A stretch of 64,000 nucleotides of DNA from Myxococcales bacterium (GTDB lineage Bacteria > Myxococcota_A > UBA9042 > JABWCM01 > BTVJ01): assembly GCA_045863395.1 (NCBI GenBank), contig BTVJ01000031.1, positions 20,186-84,185 of the forward strand, written 5' to 3'. Position numbers and translations under genes: made by a program. The notes under the pieces are model-generated. The model saw only the letters and a program-made list of their open reading frames with translations. It ran no database searches and was not told where the DNA came from. Positions 9,862 through 19,279 of this stretch are shown piece after piece (the first letter of the stretch is position 1; each line of letters starts with the position of its first letter).

Positions 9862-10493
9862 CCGGCGAGGCCCAGCGAGTCCCGGACACACCCCTCGAAG
9901 GCAGCGCACCGGAAGTCCAGGGGCGGAGGGTTCGGCGGCGCGAAGCGGGGACCCACGTCCCGCGCCGCGCACTGCTGGACGGCCACCATGTCCACCCGCC
10001 GGTGCGCCGCAACGAGACAGTGCAGTCGGGCCGTGTCGCGGTCGGCGACCGAGAAGCGGCAGCGCTCCATGGGCAGGTCCAGGGCCTCGCAGACCGCCCT
10101 TCGAGGCGCGGGCGCGGGTCCCGTGAGGTCCTCGAGGCAGCGGAGCGTGTCAGCCGCGACGAGCGCCCTGCACCCGTCGCGCGTCAGGCAGGCGAACACG
10201 GGCGCCGCCGCCGGGCCCAAGGCCGCGGCTGCCGGGGCGCAGTCTCCGGGGTGGCTCGGTGGCGCTCCGGTGCAGGCGGTCGTCCAGGCGAGGAGCCGGT
10301 CACAGGCTTGCGCGGCCGAGAGATCGGCCCACGGGTCCACGTCCTGGGCCGCGGTGGCATCGACAGCGTCAGTGGGGGGGGCGCCGTCCTCTGTACCAGC
10401 GTCAGGGGAGGCCGCACGCTGCCCGGCGCAGGCCGACACGGCCAGAACGACAGAGATCGCCGGGGCCACTGCGCGCATCCCCGCCTCGATCAC
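9831..10493 (-). CDS. Cys-rich lipoprotein, hypothetical
   Basis: Lipobox-like LAVSAC and paired Cys. The GTG start overlaps the RNB stop (alternative ATG at 10478). The 3' end overlaps the convergent halogenase-like gene by 31 bp. Confidence 0.55.
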   Translation of the reverse strand: MIEAGMRAVAPAISVVLAVSACAGQRAASPDAGTEDGAPPTDAVDATAAQDVDPWADLSAAQACDRLLAWTTACTGAPPSHPGDCAPAAAALGPAAAPVFACLTRDGCRALVAADTLRCLEDLTGPAPAPRRAVCEALDLPMERCRFSVADRDTARLHCLVAAHRRVDMVAVQQCAARDVGPRFAPPNPPPLDFRCAAFEGCVRDSLGLAGYSDWGSDDP

Positions 10494-12511
10494 TCGACGA
10501 CGTCCGCCAGCACGAGGCGGTCACGGCGCGCATCCACGTCGGTCACACGCACGCGCACCCGCGCCCCGACCTGCGCTGGGGACGTGGGGGACCAGGTCGC
10601 CTGGATGCCGAGCTCCGTCAGCTCCACGACGACGCGGGAGCCCATCTCCCGCAGCACGACCGCCTCCAGGACGTCGCCGCGCCGCCCGCCCAGGTGCTTG
10701 AGGATCCAGTAGCGCTTGGCCTCCCGCTCCATGCGCGAGAAGAGGCTCGACACTCCCTCCAGCTCGCCGAAGACGTGCAGGATCTCGCGCTCCCCGAGCG
10801 GCGCGACGCCGTCCCGCAGCGCCCCCTTGATCTGCGCGTGCATGACGAGGTCCTGGAAGCGCCGGATGGGCGAGGTCACCTGGGTGTAGGTGTCGACGCC
10901 CAGGGTGTAGTGGCGGTCGGGGACCAGCGACACCTCCGCCTTGCGCAGGCGGCGCAGGAGCTCGCTGATGGCGACCGGATCGTCTTCCTGGGATGGGTCG
11001 AGCTCGATGGGCTCGTCGGGGGCACCCTGGGTACGATAGACCGCCGGGATGCCTCGGGCGTGGCACCAAGCGGCGGCGTGCGTGCAGGTGGCGATCATGG
11101 TCTCGGCGACCAGCTCGCGGCTCGCGGACGCCCGGTCGATGCGCTCGACCCGCACGCCGTCCGAGCCGACCTTGACCTTGACCTCGGTCTGCTGAAACAG
11201 CAGCGCTCCACCCCGCCGGCGCGCCTCGCGGAGGTCTGCGGCGATGCCTCGCAGCCGCTCCAACAGAGGCGCGAAGGGTGAGGGCGCACCCCCCAGGATC
11301 GCGTCCCCATCCACGTAGGTGATCCGGGCCGCGACGCGCGCCAAGCCCTCGACGACCTCCGTCCCGATCACACGCCCGCCGTCCAGGTCCAGGCGGAAGT
11401 CGAGCACCAGGCGGTCCACGCCCGCCTCGAGGCTCAGCGCCACCTCGCTGAGCACCGGCGGCAGCATGGGCACCACCTGATCTGGCAGGTACAGGCTGGA
11501 GGCGCGGCGCCGGGCCTCCATGCCCACCTCGGTCTCCAGGGGCACGAGCTCGGAGGCGTCGGCGATGAGCACATGGAGCCGCGTGCGCCCGCCGGGCAGG
11601 TCCTCGACGGCCAGCGCGTCGTCCACGTCGCGAGTGTCCGCGTCGTCGATCGCCACGGCTACGAGGTGACGCAGATCCTCGCGGCCCCCGGTGGCCAAGG
11701 GACGGGCGGCCAGGCGCTCCGCCTCCGCGAGCACCGTGGCGGGGAAGGCTACCGGCACCTTGTGGCGGACCAGATCCAGGTTCTGGTCGGGGCCGAAGAC
11801 GCCGAGGCGCGTCAGAACGTCCAGGGCGTGCCAGGCGTTCACGGTCTGCCGGTCGGGGAGCACGAGCTGGAGGATGGCCAGCGCCTTCTTCTCCCGCGCC
11901 CCCTCGATGGTCCCGAGGGCCAGGTCCCGCAGAAGGCGCACCCACGGCTCCGCGGCGGCCGGGGGCGGATCCCCCACGGTCTCACCCTTGTCCAGGAGCG
12001 CACGAATCTCCGCGGCTGCTCCCTGCTCCTCGTCACGAGCGGCCGTCTCTGCCCGGGCCTGGGAGCGCATCTGGTCGACGGTGCGCCGGGGGTTGGGGAC
12101 GAGGCCCTCCTTGCGGGCCTTGAACCAGACCCGATCAGACCACAGCGCCAGCGCCATGGCGTCGGTGGCCACGGTGTCTCCCCCCGGGTTGGCGAGATCC
12201 GCCAGGTCGGCCAGGGACCAGGCGCCGCCATCGTCGACGAGGATCTCCCAGAGGGCCTCCATGTCCAGAGCGGCCAGTGACTCCTGGACGCGGACAAGGT
12301 ATGCCTCCGCCTCGGCGACGGCCTGGGCCCCACGTGCCGCCGGAGACTGGATGCGCCGGGCGGAGACCCGGATGACCTTGTCGGACTTGAGCTTCTGGCG
12401 CACGCCACCGTGGAGCAGGACGTCCAGGGTGCCCCGGTCCTCGCCCAGCGCCACCGCTGCGACGAGCCGGCCGCCCAGCTCCGTGATCAGCACCGCCCCT
12501 TCCAGGCTCAT
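10490..12511 (-). CDS. RNB-domain exoribonuclease (RNase II/R family)
   Basis: AIDDADTRDVDDAL catalytic motif, SLYLPDQVVPMLP, HYTLGVDTYTQVTSPIRRFQDL, C-terminal S1-like domain. The true start MSLEG (12511) overlaps the recD2 stop (ATGA). Confidence 0.9.
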   Translation of the reverse strand: MSLEGAVLITELGGRLVAAVALGEDRGTLDVLLHGGVRQKLKSDKVIRVSARRIQSPAARGAQAVAEAEAYLVRVQESLAALDMEALWEILVDDGGAWSLADLADLANPGGDTVATDAMALALWSDRVWFKARKEGLVPNPRRTVDQMRSQARAETAARDEEQGAAAEIRALLDKGETVGDPPPAAAEPWVRLLRDLALGTIEGAREKKALAILQLVLPDRQTVNAWHALDVLTRLGVFGPDQNLDLVRHKVPVAFPATVLAEAERLAARPLATGGREDLRHLVAVAIDDADTRDVDDALAVEDLPGGRTRLHVLIADASELVPLETEVGMEARRRASSLYLPDQVVPMLPPVLSEVALSLEAGVDRLVLDFRLDLDGGRVIGTEVVEGLARVAARITYVDGDAILGGAPSPFAPLLERLRGIAADLREARRRGGALLFQQTEVKVKVGSDGVRVERIDRASASRELVAETMIATCTHAAAWCHARGIPAVYRTQGAPDEPIELDPSQEDDPVAISELLRRLRKAEVSLVPDRHYTLGVDTYTQVTSPIRRFQDLVMHAQIKGALRDGVAPLGEREILHVFGELEGVSSLFSRMEREAKRYWILKHLGGRRGDVLEAVVLREMGSRVVVELTELGIQATWSPTSPAQVGARVRVRVTDVDARRDRLVLADVVE

Positions 12512-14694
12512 TGGGCCTCCCGCACGGCGTCTCGGATGCGGCTCGCCAGCAGCGTCGCACGCACGGACTGGTCCTGCCGCTCGACCGCGATCTTCAGCGC
12601 GCGCTGGGGGCCGACCACCACGACGAGGCGCCGGCCGCGCGTCACCGCCGTGTAGAGCAGGTTCCGCTGCAACATCATGTAGTGCTGGGTGTGCAGCGGC
12701 AGGATGACCGCTGGGTACTCGCTCCCCTGGCTCTTGTGGACGGTGACCGCGTAGGCGAGCACCAGCTCGTCCAGGTCGGCGGCCTCGTAGAGCACCTCGC
12801 GCTCGTCGAAGCGGACCGCCGCCTCTCCTGCGTCGGGGTCCACGCGGGTGACCCGCCCCACGTCGCCGTTGTAGACGTCCTTGTCGTAGTTGTTGCGGAT
12901 CTGCATCACCTTGTCTCCCTCCCGGATGAGCCTCGTCCCCCGCCGCAGCTCGGGCCCCTCCGGATTGAGCAGCGCCTGGAACCGCTGGTTCAGGCGCTCG
13001 GCGCCCAGGTCGCCGCGGTGCATGGGGCACAAGATCTGGACGTCGTCCACGGGGTCGAGCCCGAAGGCGCTCGGGATCCGGCGCGTCAGCAGGCGATCGA
13101 CCACGTCGAGCACGGCCTGGGGGTCGTCCTTGTCGATGATGTGGAAGTCGCCGGCGGGTCCCGGAGTAGCGGTCTCGGGCAGCTCACCGTGGTTGATGCG
13201 GTGAGCGTTGGTCACGATGGCGCTCCGGGCACCCTGGCGGAACACCTGGTCCAGGCGGATCACCGTCGCGACTCCCGAGGCGATGATCTCTTTCAGGACG
13301 GCGCCCGGCCCGACGGGGGGGAGCTGGTCCACGTCGCCGACCAGCACCAGGCGCGCGTGAGCGGGCACGGCGGCGACCAGCGCGTCGGCCAGGGGCACGT
13401 CCAGCATGCTCGACTCGTCGACGATCACCGCGTCCGCGGAGAGCGGCTCGTCCTCGTTGCGCTGGAAGGCGCCCGCCCGCGGGCTCCACTCCAGCAGGCG
13501 GTGGACCGTCATGGCGCGGGCCCCCGTCGCCTCCGTCATGCGCTTGGCGGCGCGACCGGTCGGCGCGCAGAGCGCGACCCGCAGCGCCTGCTCCACCAGC
13601 GCGTGGACAACGGCGCGCAGGATGGTCGTCTTGCCCGTGCCGGGCCCTCCGGTGATCACCACCACCTTGCGCTCCAGCACCGACGCGACGGCGAGACGCT
13701 GGAGGGCGGCCAGCTCCAGGCCCAGGGCTGCCTCGGCCTGCGCCACGAGGCGGGCCGCGTCCTCGGGCAGGACGTGGTAGCGCCCGAGGGACAGAACGGC
13801 GAGGCCAGTGCCCAGGCGACGCTCGGCCTCGTACAGCCGGGCCGGGTACACGGCCGTGGCGCCGTCTTCGAGGGCGTCGAAGACGATGCGACCCTCTGCG
13901 ACTAGGATCGGGAGGACGCTCTCCAGGACGTCGAGGGGGATGTCCAGCTCCTGGGACGCCCGGCCGAGCAGGGTCCCCCGCTCGCAGAACAGGTGGCCGT
14001 CCTCGGAGACGCGGGAGAGCACGTGGACGATGCCCGCCTCGGCGCGCCGCGGGGAGTGCCGGTCGATGCCGACGCGCGCCGCGATGGCGTCCGCGATCTT
14101 GAACCCGATGCCGACGACCTCGTCCGCGAGGCGGTAGGGATCGTTGCGGACGACCTCGACGGCCCGGTCGCCATAGGTCCGCACGATGCGGCTCGCGTAG
14201 GCCGACGAGATGCCCACGCTGTGCAGGGTGACCATGATGGCCTGGACGGAGGCGTGGGCCTCGAAGGAGCGGCAGATGTCCCGTGCCCGCGCCTCGCCGA
14301 TGCCCTCGACGTCCAGCAGGCGCGATGGGTCGGTGGCGATGACCGCCAGCGTCTGCTCTCCGAAGGCCTCCACCATGCGCCGCGCCGTCACGGGGCCGAC
14401 CCCCTTGATGAGGCCCGACGCCAGGTACGCCTCGATGCCTTCGATGGTCGCCGGCACGCGCAGCTCGAAGGAGCGCACGCGGAACTGGCGACCATAGCGC
14501 GGGTCGGTCACCCAGTCGCCGTCGAGCCGCAGATCCTGCCCCGGGGCGATGGCCGGGATGGTCCCCACCACGGTGACCGTGTCCAGGAACAGGGGGACGT
14601 CCGTCCCCTGGATGGGGCGCACGTGCGCAACAGCGTAGTGAGTCTCGTCGTTGGAGTAGACGACGTGGTCGACCGTACCCTCCAGGGTAGCCAT
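12508..14694 (-). CDS. recD2: ATP-dependent RecD-like DNA helicase RecD2
   Basis: N-terminal LEGTVDHVVYSND and HhH region (IKGVGPVTA); Walker A GGPGTGKTT; VDESSM; LVGDVDQLPPVGPG; AYAVTVHKSQGSEY; LLYTAVTRGR. Confidence 0.93.
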   Translation of the reverse strand: MATLEGTVDHVVYSNDETHYAVAHVRPIQGTDVPLFLDTVTVVGTIPAIAPGQDLRLDGDWVTDPRYGRQFRVRSFELRVPATIEGIEAYLASGLIKGVGPVTARRMVEAFGEQTLAVIATDPSRLLDVEGIGEARARDICRSFEAHASVQAIMVTLHSVGISSAYASRIVRTYGDRAVEVVRNDPYRLADEVVGIGFKIADAIAARVGIDRHSPRRAEAGIVHVLSRVSEDGHLFCERGTLLGRASQELDIPLDVLESVLPILVAEGRIVFDALEDGATAVYPARLYEAERRLGTGLAVLSLGRYHVLPEDAARLVAQAEAALGLELAALQRLAVASVLERKVVVITGGPGTGKTTILRAVVHALVEQALRVALCAPTGRAAKRMTEATGARAMTVHRLLEWSPRAGAFQRNEDEPLSADAVIVDESSMLDVPLADALVAAVPAHARLVLVGDVDQLPPVGPGAVLKEIIASGVATVIRLDQVFRQGARSAIVTNAHRINHGELPETATPGPAGDFHIIDKDDPQAVLDVVDRLLTRRIPSAFGLDPVDDVQILCPMHRGDLGAERLNQRFQALLNPEGPELRRGTRLIREGDKVMQIRNNYDKDVYNGDVGRVTRVDPDAGEAAVRFDEREVLYEAADLDELVLAYAVTVHKSQGSEYPAVILPLHTQHYMMLQRNLLYTAVTRGRRLVVVVGPQRALKIAVERQDQSVRATLLASRIRDAVREAQ

Positions 14695-14803
14695 GACGGT
14701 CCTTTCGGCGCGGGAGAACCCAATCAAGGCGGCAAGGTGCCACATCTCGGGGGCAGCGGCAAGGGGCCGGCGGTCGGAGCCCCCAAGCGGGTCCGAGGGT
14801 TGA

Positions 14804-14833
14804 TTGACAGGGCCTTCCGTCGCCTTCTATGAT
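14804..14833 (+). promoter_or_regulatory. Putative sigma70 promoter
   Basis: TTGACA (14804-14809), 18-bp spacer, TATGAT (14828-14833), upstream of the ATG at 14886. Confidence 0.6.
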
Positions 14834-14885
14834 TTGCGGCCCGCGACCCGCCGGTCGCTTGCGACGCACCCTCGGAGCACCGCCC

Positions 14886-16223
14886 ATGAGAACTCCCGCC
14901 CCCACCTCTCGGCACCTCTGGCTGCTCGGCCTCCTCGCCGCCCACGTCCTGGCAGGCATGGCGGCCTGCAAGGGGTCCGACGACGCCGCGGAGGCCCCTG
15001 CGGCGCCGGCTGCGAACACGAAGAAGGCGGACAAGGGCGCGGACAAGGCGGACAAGGGCGCGGACAAGGCAAGCAAGGGCGCGGACAAGGCGGACAAGGG
15101 CGCGGACAAGGCAAGCAAGGGCGCGGACAAGGCGGACAAGACGAGCAAGGGCGCGGACAAGACGAGCAAGGGCGCGGACAAGGCGAACAAGGGCGCGGAC
15201 GACGCGGACAAGGGCGCGGACGAGGCGGACAAGGGCACCGCGACCAAGGGATCTGCGACCAAGGACGCGCCCGCAGGACAAGCGCAAGGCGGACCGGCAC
15301 CCAGGGCTGCTGCGGGGACACCGGCCCCGTCCGTGGCACCACGGACTGCTGCTGCCGGAGCAGACAAGCTGGCGCCAGGCGCCCGAGCCGAGGCCGATCC
15401 GCCCGCCCTCCCCGTCACGGACTCGAGCGCCCTTGCTCCCCGTGGCGGAGAGAAGGGCCTGGTCGTCGACCCGGGGCCGTCGCCCGTCCTGGCGCGAGCC
15501 GCCGCTCCGGCCGCGCCCCGCGGCGCCGACGCCGCAGTCGTCGAGCCCTCACTGGCGGTCGCTCCGCGGGGCGCGACGCCCGAGGACAGGGCCCGACCCG
15601 TCGCTCCCCCCACAGACCGCGGCGGCTCCCCGGAAGCCGGCCCCACCCCACCCGCCATCGAGCGCCTCGGGTCGCCGGAGCGCGTGGCGCCGGCCCTGCG
15701 CCCCGTGGAGGCGCCCGTCCCTCCGTCGGACCGCGTCGCCGCGTCCTCCACGCCAGAGCGTGGGGCGGCCCCGAGCCCGCGCATCGCTCCCGTCCGCCCC
15801 GCGGGCGCGCCCCTGGACATCAGCCAGGCGCTGACCGCCAGCGAGCTCAAGGTGCTCTCGGGGGGCAAGGCGTTCAAGCAGGGGACGCTGGCCGGTCGCG
15901 AGGGGGATCCCTCCTACAACTCGCTCTACTTCGCCCCGGCCAAGGGCGGCGCCTATGGGGTCGGGGTGCAGGTGTGGTACGAGCCGACCATCCGCGACAC
16001 GCGCACGCGGTACGAGGACATGAAGCTGACCTACCCCAACGTGCAGGAGACCGGGAACGTCACCAACTACACGTACTTCGCCTTCTGGAACGACGTCTAT
16101 TACCTCGTCTTCATGGGCCTGAAGCAGCGCCTCGTCATCTCCGTGACCGCGTCCAACGAGACGCTGAGCCCGAACCAGCTCTTTGCGGTGGCGACCAAGG
16201 TCCGGGACCGCCTCATCCGGTAG
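14886..16223 (+). CDS. Lipoprotein with KGADKAD repeats, a Pro/Ala-rich linker and a small C-terminal globular domain
   Basis: Signal peptide ending MAAC; nine KGAD units; low-complexity linker; aromatic-rich C-terminal ~125 aa. Confidence 0.7.
   Translation: MRTPAPTSRHLWLLGLLAAHVLAGMAACKGSDDAAEAPAAPAANTKKADKGADKADKGADKASKGADKADKGADKASKGADKADKTSKGADKTSKGADKANKGADDADKGADEADKGTATKGSATKDAPAGQAQGGPAPRAAAGTPAPSVAPRTAAAGADKLAPGARAEADPPALPVTDSSALAPRGGEKGLVVDPGPSPVLARAAAPAAPRGADAAVVEPSLAVAPRGATPEDRARPVAPPTDRGGSPEAGPTPPAIERLGSPERVAPALRPVEAPVPPSDRVAASSTPERGAAPSPRIAPVRPAGAPLDISQALTASELKVLSGGKAFKQGTLAGREGDPSYNSLYFAPAKGGAYGVGVQVWYEPTIRDTRTRYEDMKLTYPNVQETGNVTNYTYFAFWNDVYYLVFMGLKQRLVISVTASNETLSPNQLFAVATKVRDRLIR
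15024..15236 (+). repeat. 21-bp coding tandem repeat (AAGGGCGCGGACAAGGCGGAC-like; KGADKA[D/S])
   Basis: About nine imperfect in-frame copies are directly visible. Confidence 0.85.
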
Positions 16224-16235
16224 GGACACGTTTCG

Positions 16236-16265
16236 TTGACCGTCGTCCCGCCTCTCGCGTAGACT
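16236..16265 (+). promoter_or_regulatory. Putative sigma70 promoter
   Basis: TTGACC, 18-bp spacer, TAGACT, upstream of the CDS at 16362. Confidence 0.45.
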
Positions 16266-16361
16266 ACGCCCTCGCAGCAAACATCACCGAAGCGCCCGAT
16301 TCAGCGCAACCCGACCCATCGGCGGGGCCACGGCAGGCTCCTCCGGAAGACGAGGAGTGAC

Positions 16362-17297
16362 ATGGCTCGAAGTGCCAGCACGATCCACCGCCTCACGACC
16401 CGGCTGCGTTGGGTCGCGGCGCTCGGGGCGGCCTCCCTGCTCGCCGCCTGTCCCGACGACCCAAGCGCGCCGCCCGCCGACACCGGAGCGGTCCTCGACG
16501 TGTCCGACGCCGGAGCGTCGGACGCGAAGGCTGCCGACGGGGTCCAGACCACCGACGCTGGCACCGACGCCGCGGCCGATGCTGCTTCGGGGATCGACGC
16601 CCCGGACGCTGGGCCCCACGACACCGCAGACTCCTCCGGAGCCCTCGACACGACGGACGCCGGTGACGCCCAGGCGGGCGACGCGGGCCCCGTCGACACG
16701 AGCGACGGCGCGGAGGACACCGCCGCGCCCCCGGACTTCCCCTTCAAGACCGCGCCGGGCCCGACCAACGGGGCGCTGCTCGAGCTCTTCGAGGTGGCAC
16801 ACAGGGCGGCCACCACCGCCGAGGAGGCCACCGCGATGCACGAGCAGCGGGCGGCCGCGCAGGCGGCCATCGAGAAGGATCTGGAGGGCGCGCGAGCGGC
16901 CCTGCTCGCGAGCCTCGACACCCTGGCGCCGGATGCCTACATGGGGATGGCGTCCCTGGCGCCGCTCCTGCGGGCGACGGGCCCCTCCCCTGCCCTGGTC
17001 GGGGCCCTGTCGGACATCGTGATGGCGCCCCCCTCGGCTGAGGATCCGGCCAGCCACGACGTCCCGCCCGACGAGATCAAGCGGGGGATCGCCATGGAGG
17101 TGCTCCAGTCCTGGGCGCGCGCGGGCGATGGGGGCGCCTATGGGGCCATCGTCGCCGCGGTGGCCGCCCCGGACGCCTACACGGCGATGCTCGCCATACG
17201 CCACACCTACACCAACTCCGCGGACCGCCGCGATGCGCAGCGCATGATGCGCGGGCTCCTGTCGCCCGACCGCGTCTTCCTGCTCTACCGTTATTGA
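16362..17297 (+). CDS. Lipoprotein, hypothetical (Asp/Ala linker plus helical domain)
   Basis: GAGGAG RBS; lipobox LAAC-PD; DAG-rich linker. Confidence 0.7.
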   Translation: MARSASTIHRLTTRLRWVAALGAASLLAACPDDPSAPPADTGAVLDVSDAGASDAKAADGVQTTDAGTDAAADAASGIDAPDAGPHDTADSSGALDTTDAGDAQAGDAGPVDTSDGAEDTAAPPDFPFKTAPGPTNGALLELFEVAHRAATTAEEATAMHEQRAAAQAAIEKDLEGARAALLASLDTLAPDAYMGMASLAPLLRATGPSPALVGALSDIVMAPPSAEDPASHDVPPDEIKRGIAMEVLQSWARAGDGGAYGAIVAAVAAPDAYTAMLAIRHTYTNSADRRDAQRMMRGLLSPDRVFLLYRY

Positions 17298-17312
17298 GCC
17301 GAGGAGGGACCC

Positions 17313-19241
17313 ATGCTGAAGACGCGCCTGTTGCTCCTCGCCCTCGCGCTCTGGCCGGCCACCGTCGCGGCCCAGCCGAGCTGCATGTTGCCGCCCTCCA
17401 ACGCCTGGAGCTCGGCGGCCACCAACGGCGGCACCTTCGACGCGACCTACGTGACCCAGTGGGAGGGCACGAGCCTGTTCGACACCCTGTTCACTGGCCT
17501 CCGGTGCGATGAGGACGACTGGGACGAGGGCTGGGGCTTCGAGGACCCGGGCGACCTCGGCCTGATGCTCTCGCGCCTGATGAACGCCGCGTTCATCGTG
17601 CGCATGGTCCAGGGCTACACGAGCACCGGCAGCCTGGACCTCCCCGTGAGCGACCTGCCCGAGGAGTTCAAGAAGGGCCGGTGGTGGGACTTCGTCTCCG
17701 ACTACGGGACCGACGAGTGGGAGCCGACGTGCAGCACGGACAGTACGAACGCCTCGTACAACCAGGTCGTCGACTGGTACTACCTGCTCTTCCCGGCGGG
17801 CGCCTACCGCTACGAGGCGGTCAACCGCGCCGGGACGATGGTGCATGAGACGACCCACGAGGACGTGGGCCACATCGACGAGAAGTACTGCACGCCCCCG
17901 ACCAAGTCCTGCGATCACCAGTACGGCGAGTACAACTCGAACACCATGCACATCAACTTCCTGCTCGATGGGCTGGTCTCCCGCCGGAGCAGCGGCGGCA
18001 AGCTCATGGTCGCCAAGGTGGACTCGAGCACGTGCACCTACGTGGACATGTTCTCGGAGGTGGAGCAGGTCGCCATGCTCGCCCGGGCCAACGGAGTCAA
18101 CGCGCGCTTCATGGGCAGCGTGTTCCTCCCGGGCTGGCTCATCGACCAGCGCAAGGCCGCCGACACGTGGACCTGCGAGAGCTGTGCGCCGTCCAAGTGG
18201 AACTTCATCCCCTCCCAGTGCAATCAGACCGCGTGCAACGAGGTGCTCAACCCCGCCAACAAGACGATCAACGAGGGCAACAAGAGCGCCTGCATCGGGT
18301 ACAACGGCTCGGTGACCTCCGACCCGGCCACCCTCGCCGAGGCCAAAGCCAAGCTCGACGCCGCCACGAAGAGCTGCCAGAAGCCGACGCTGGAGGCCGC
18401 CACCGCCTACTGCACCGCGCAGATGGACAAGGCCCAGACGGTGGCCGACATCGACGCCTGCGGCTGGCTCGACACGACCAACGTGGCGCCCATGGACAAG
18501 CTCACCTGCGTGCAGCTCTTCTGCAAGCACTGGTACCAGGAGACCGCCGGTGAGGGGTGGGGCGCCAGCGATCCCTACGGCTGCCTGGACTACCTCTGCC
18601 AGGGGGGCGAGTGCAGCGAGGATGGCGCACCCGACCGCTGCATCTTCGGCTTCAAGCTGGCAGAGGGTGACCCCGCCAACTACACGCCGAGCTGCCAGCT
18701 CGGCGGGTGCCACGACGCCGTCATCGACTGCGTGATGCCGCTGGAAGCCGCAGGGACCTGGCAGCTCGGCGACCCGATCCCCGCGGACTGCAAGCTCAAG
18801 AAGGATCTGTGCGAGCTCGCCACGCGGCTCGCAGCCATGGTGCTGACCAGCGTGGAGCCAACCGTCGACCCAGGCCCCCTGAAGTGGCTGTTCGACTACG
18901 CGGACATCACGACGCCGGCCCAGTCGTACTTCGACTACGCGGAGAAGCTCCTCGGGGGCGGCCTCACGCCGACGAGCGCCTATGCTCTCGGCCTCGCCAA
19001 GTCACCCGAGCGGGTCGCCCTGCTCTATGGCCAGGCTCCCGAGGCCGCCGTCTGGATGCTGGGGGCCGAGAACCTGACCCCCATCGCGGGGCCCAGCGCC
19101 GGGGTCGTCACCGGCAAGGCCATCGTCGCCCAGGATCTCCCGCCAGCGGGTCAGGCCGCGCTCCAGCAGCTCCAGACCATGGCCGCGCAGCAGCCAGGCA
19201 CCCCGCTCGTGACCGCGTTCGGCCCCCTCGCCATGCCCTGA
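17313..19241 (+). CDS. Secreted Cys-rich protein with a HExxH zinc-metallopeptidase-like motif
   Basis: GAGGAGG RBS; signal peptide (…TVAA|Q); AGTMVHETTHEDVGH; many Cys in the central region. Confidence 0.7.
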   Translation: MLKTRLLLLALALWPATVAAQPSCMLPPSNAWSSAATNGGTFDATYVTQWEGTSLFDTLFTGLRCDEDDWDEGWGFEDPGDLGLMLSRLMNAAFIVRMVQGYTSTGSLDLPVSDLPEEFKKGRWWDFVSDYGTDEWEPTCSTDSTNASYNQVVDWYYLLFPAGAYRYEAVNRAGTMVHETTHEDVGHIDEKYCTPPTKSCDHQYGEYNSNTMHINFLLDGLVSRRSSGGKLMVAKVDSSTCTYVDMFSEVEQVAMLARANGVNARFMGSVFLPGWLIDQRKAADTWTCESCAPSKWNFIPSQCNQTACNEVLNPANKTINEGNKSACIGYNGSVTSDPATLAEAKAKLDAATKSCQKPTLEAATAYCTAQMDKAQTVADIDACGWLDTTNVAPMDKLTCVQLFCKHWYQETAGEGWGASDPYGCLDYLCQGGECSEDGAPDRCIFGFKLAEGDPANYTPSCQLGGCHDAVIDCVMPLEAAGTWQLGDPIPADCKLKKDLCELATRLAAMVLTSVEPTVDPGPLKWLFDYADITTPAQSYFDYAEKLLGGGLTPTSAYALGLAKSPERVALLYGQAPEAAVWMLGAENLTPIAGPSAGVVTGKAIVAQDLPPAGQAALQQLQTMAAQQPGTPLVTAFGPLAMP

Positions 19242-19279
19242 TCACGCGGCGGGGCGCCCGGCCGAAGCGCCTCTCTCCG

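Noticed and set aside
12512..13030. N-terminal extension of the RNB ORF given in the track
   Set aside because: Overlaps recD2 in another frame; the ATG at 12511 gives a canonical ATGA coupling.
15024..15236. Possible CRISPR array
   Set aside because: In-frame 21-bp coding repeats with no unique spacers and no cas genes.
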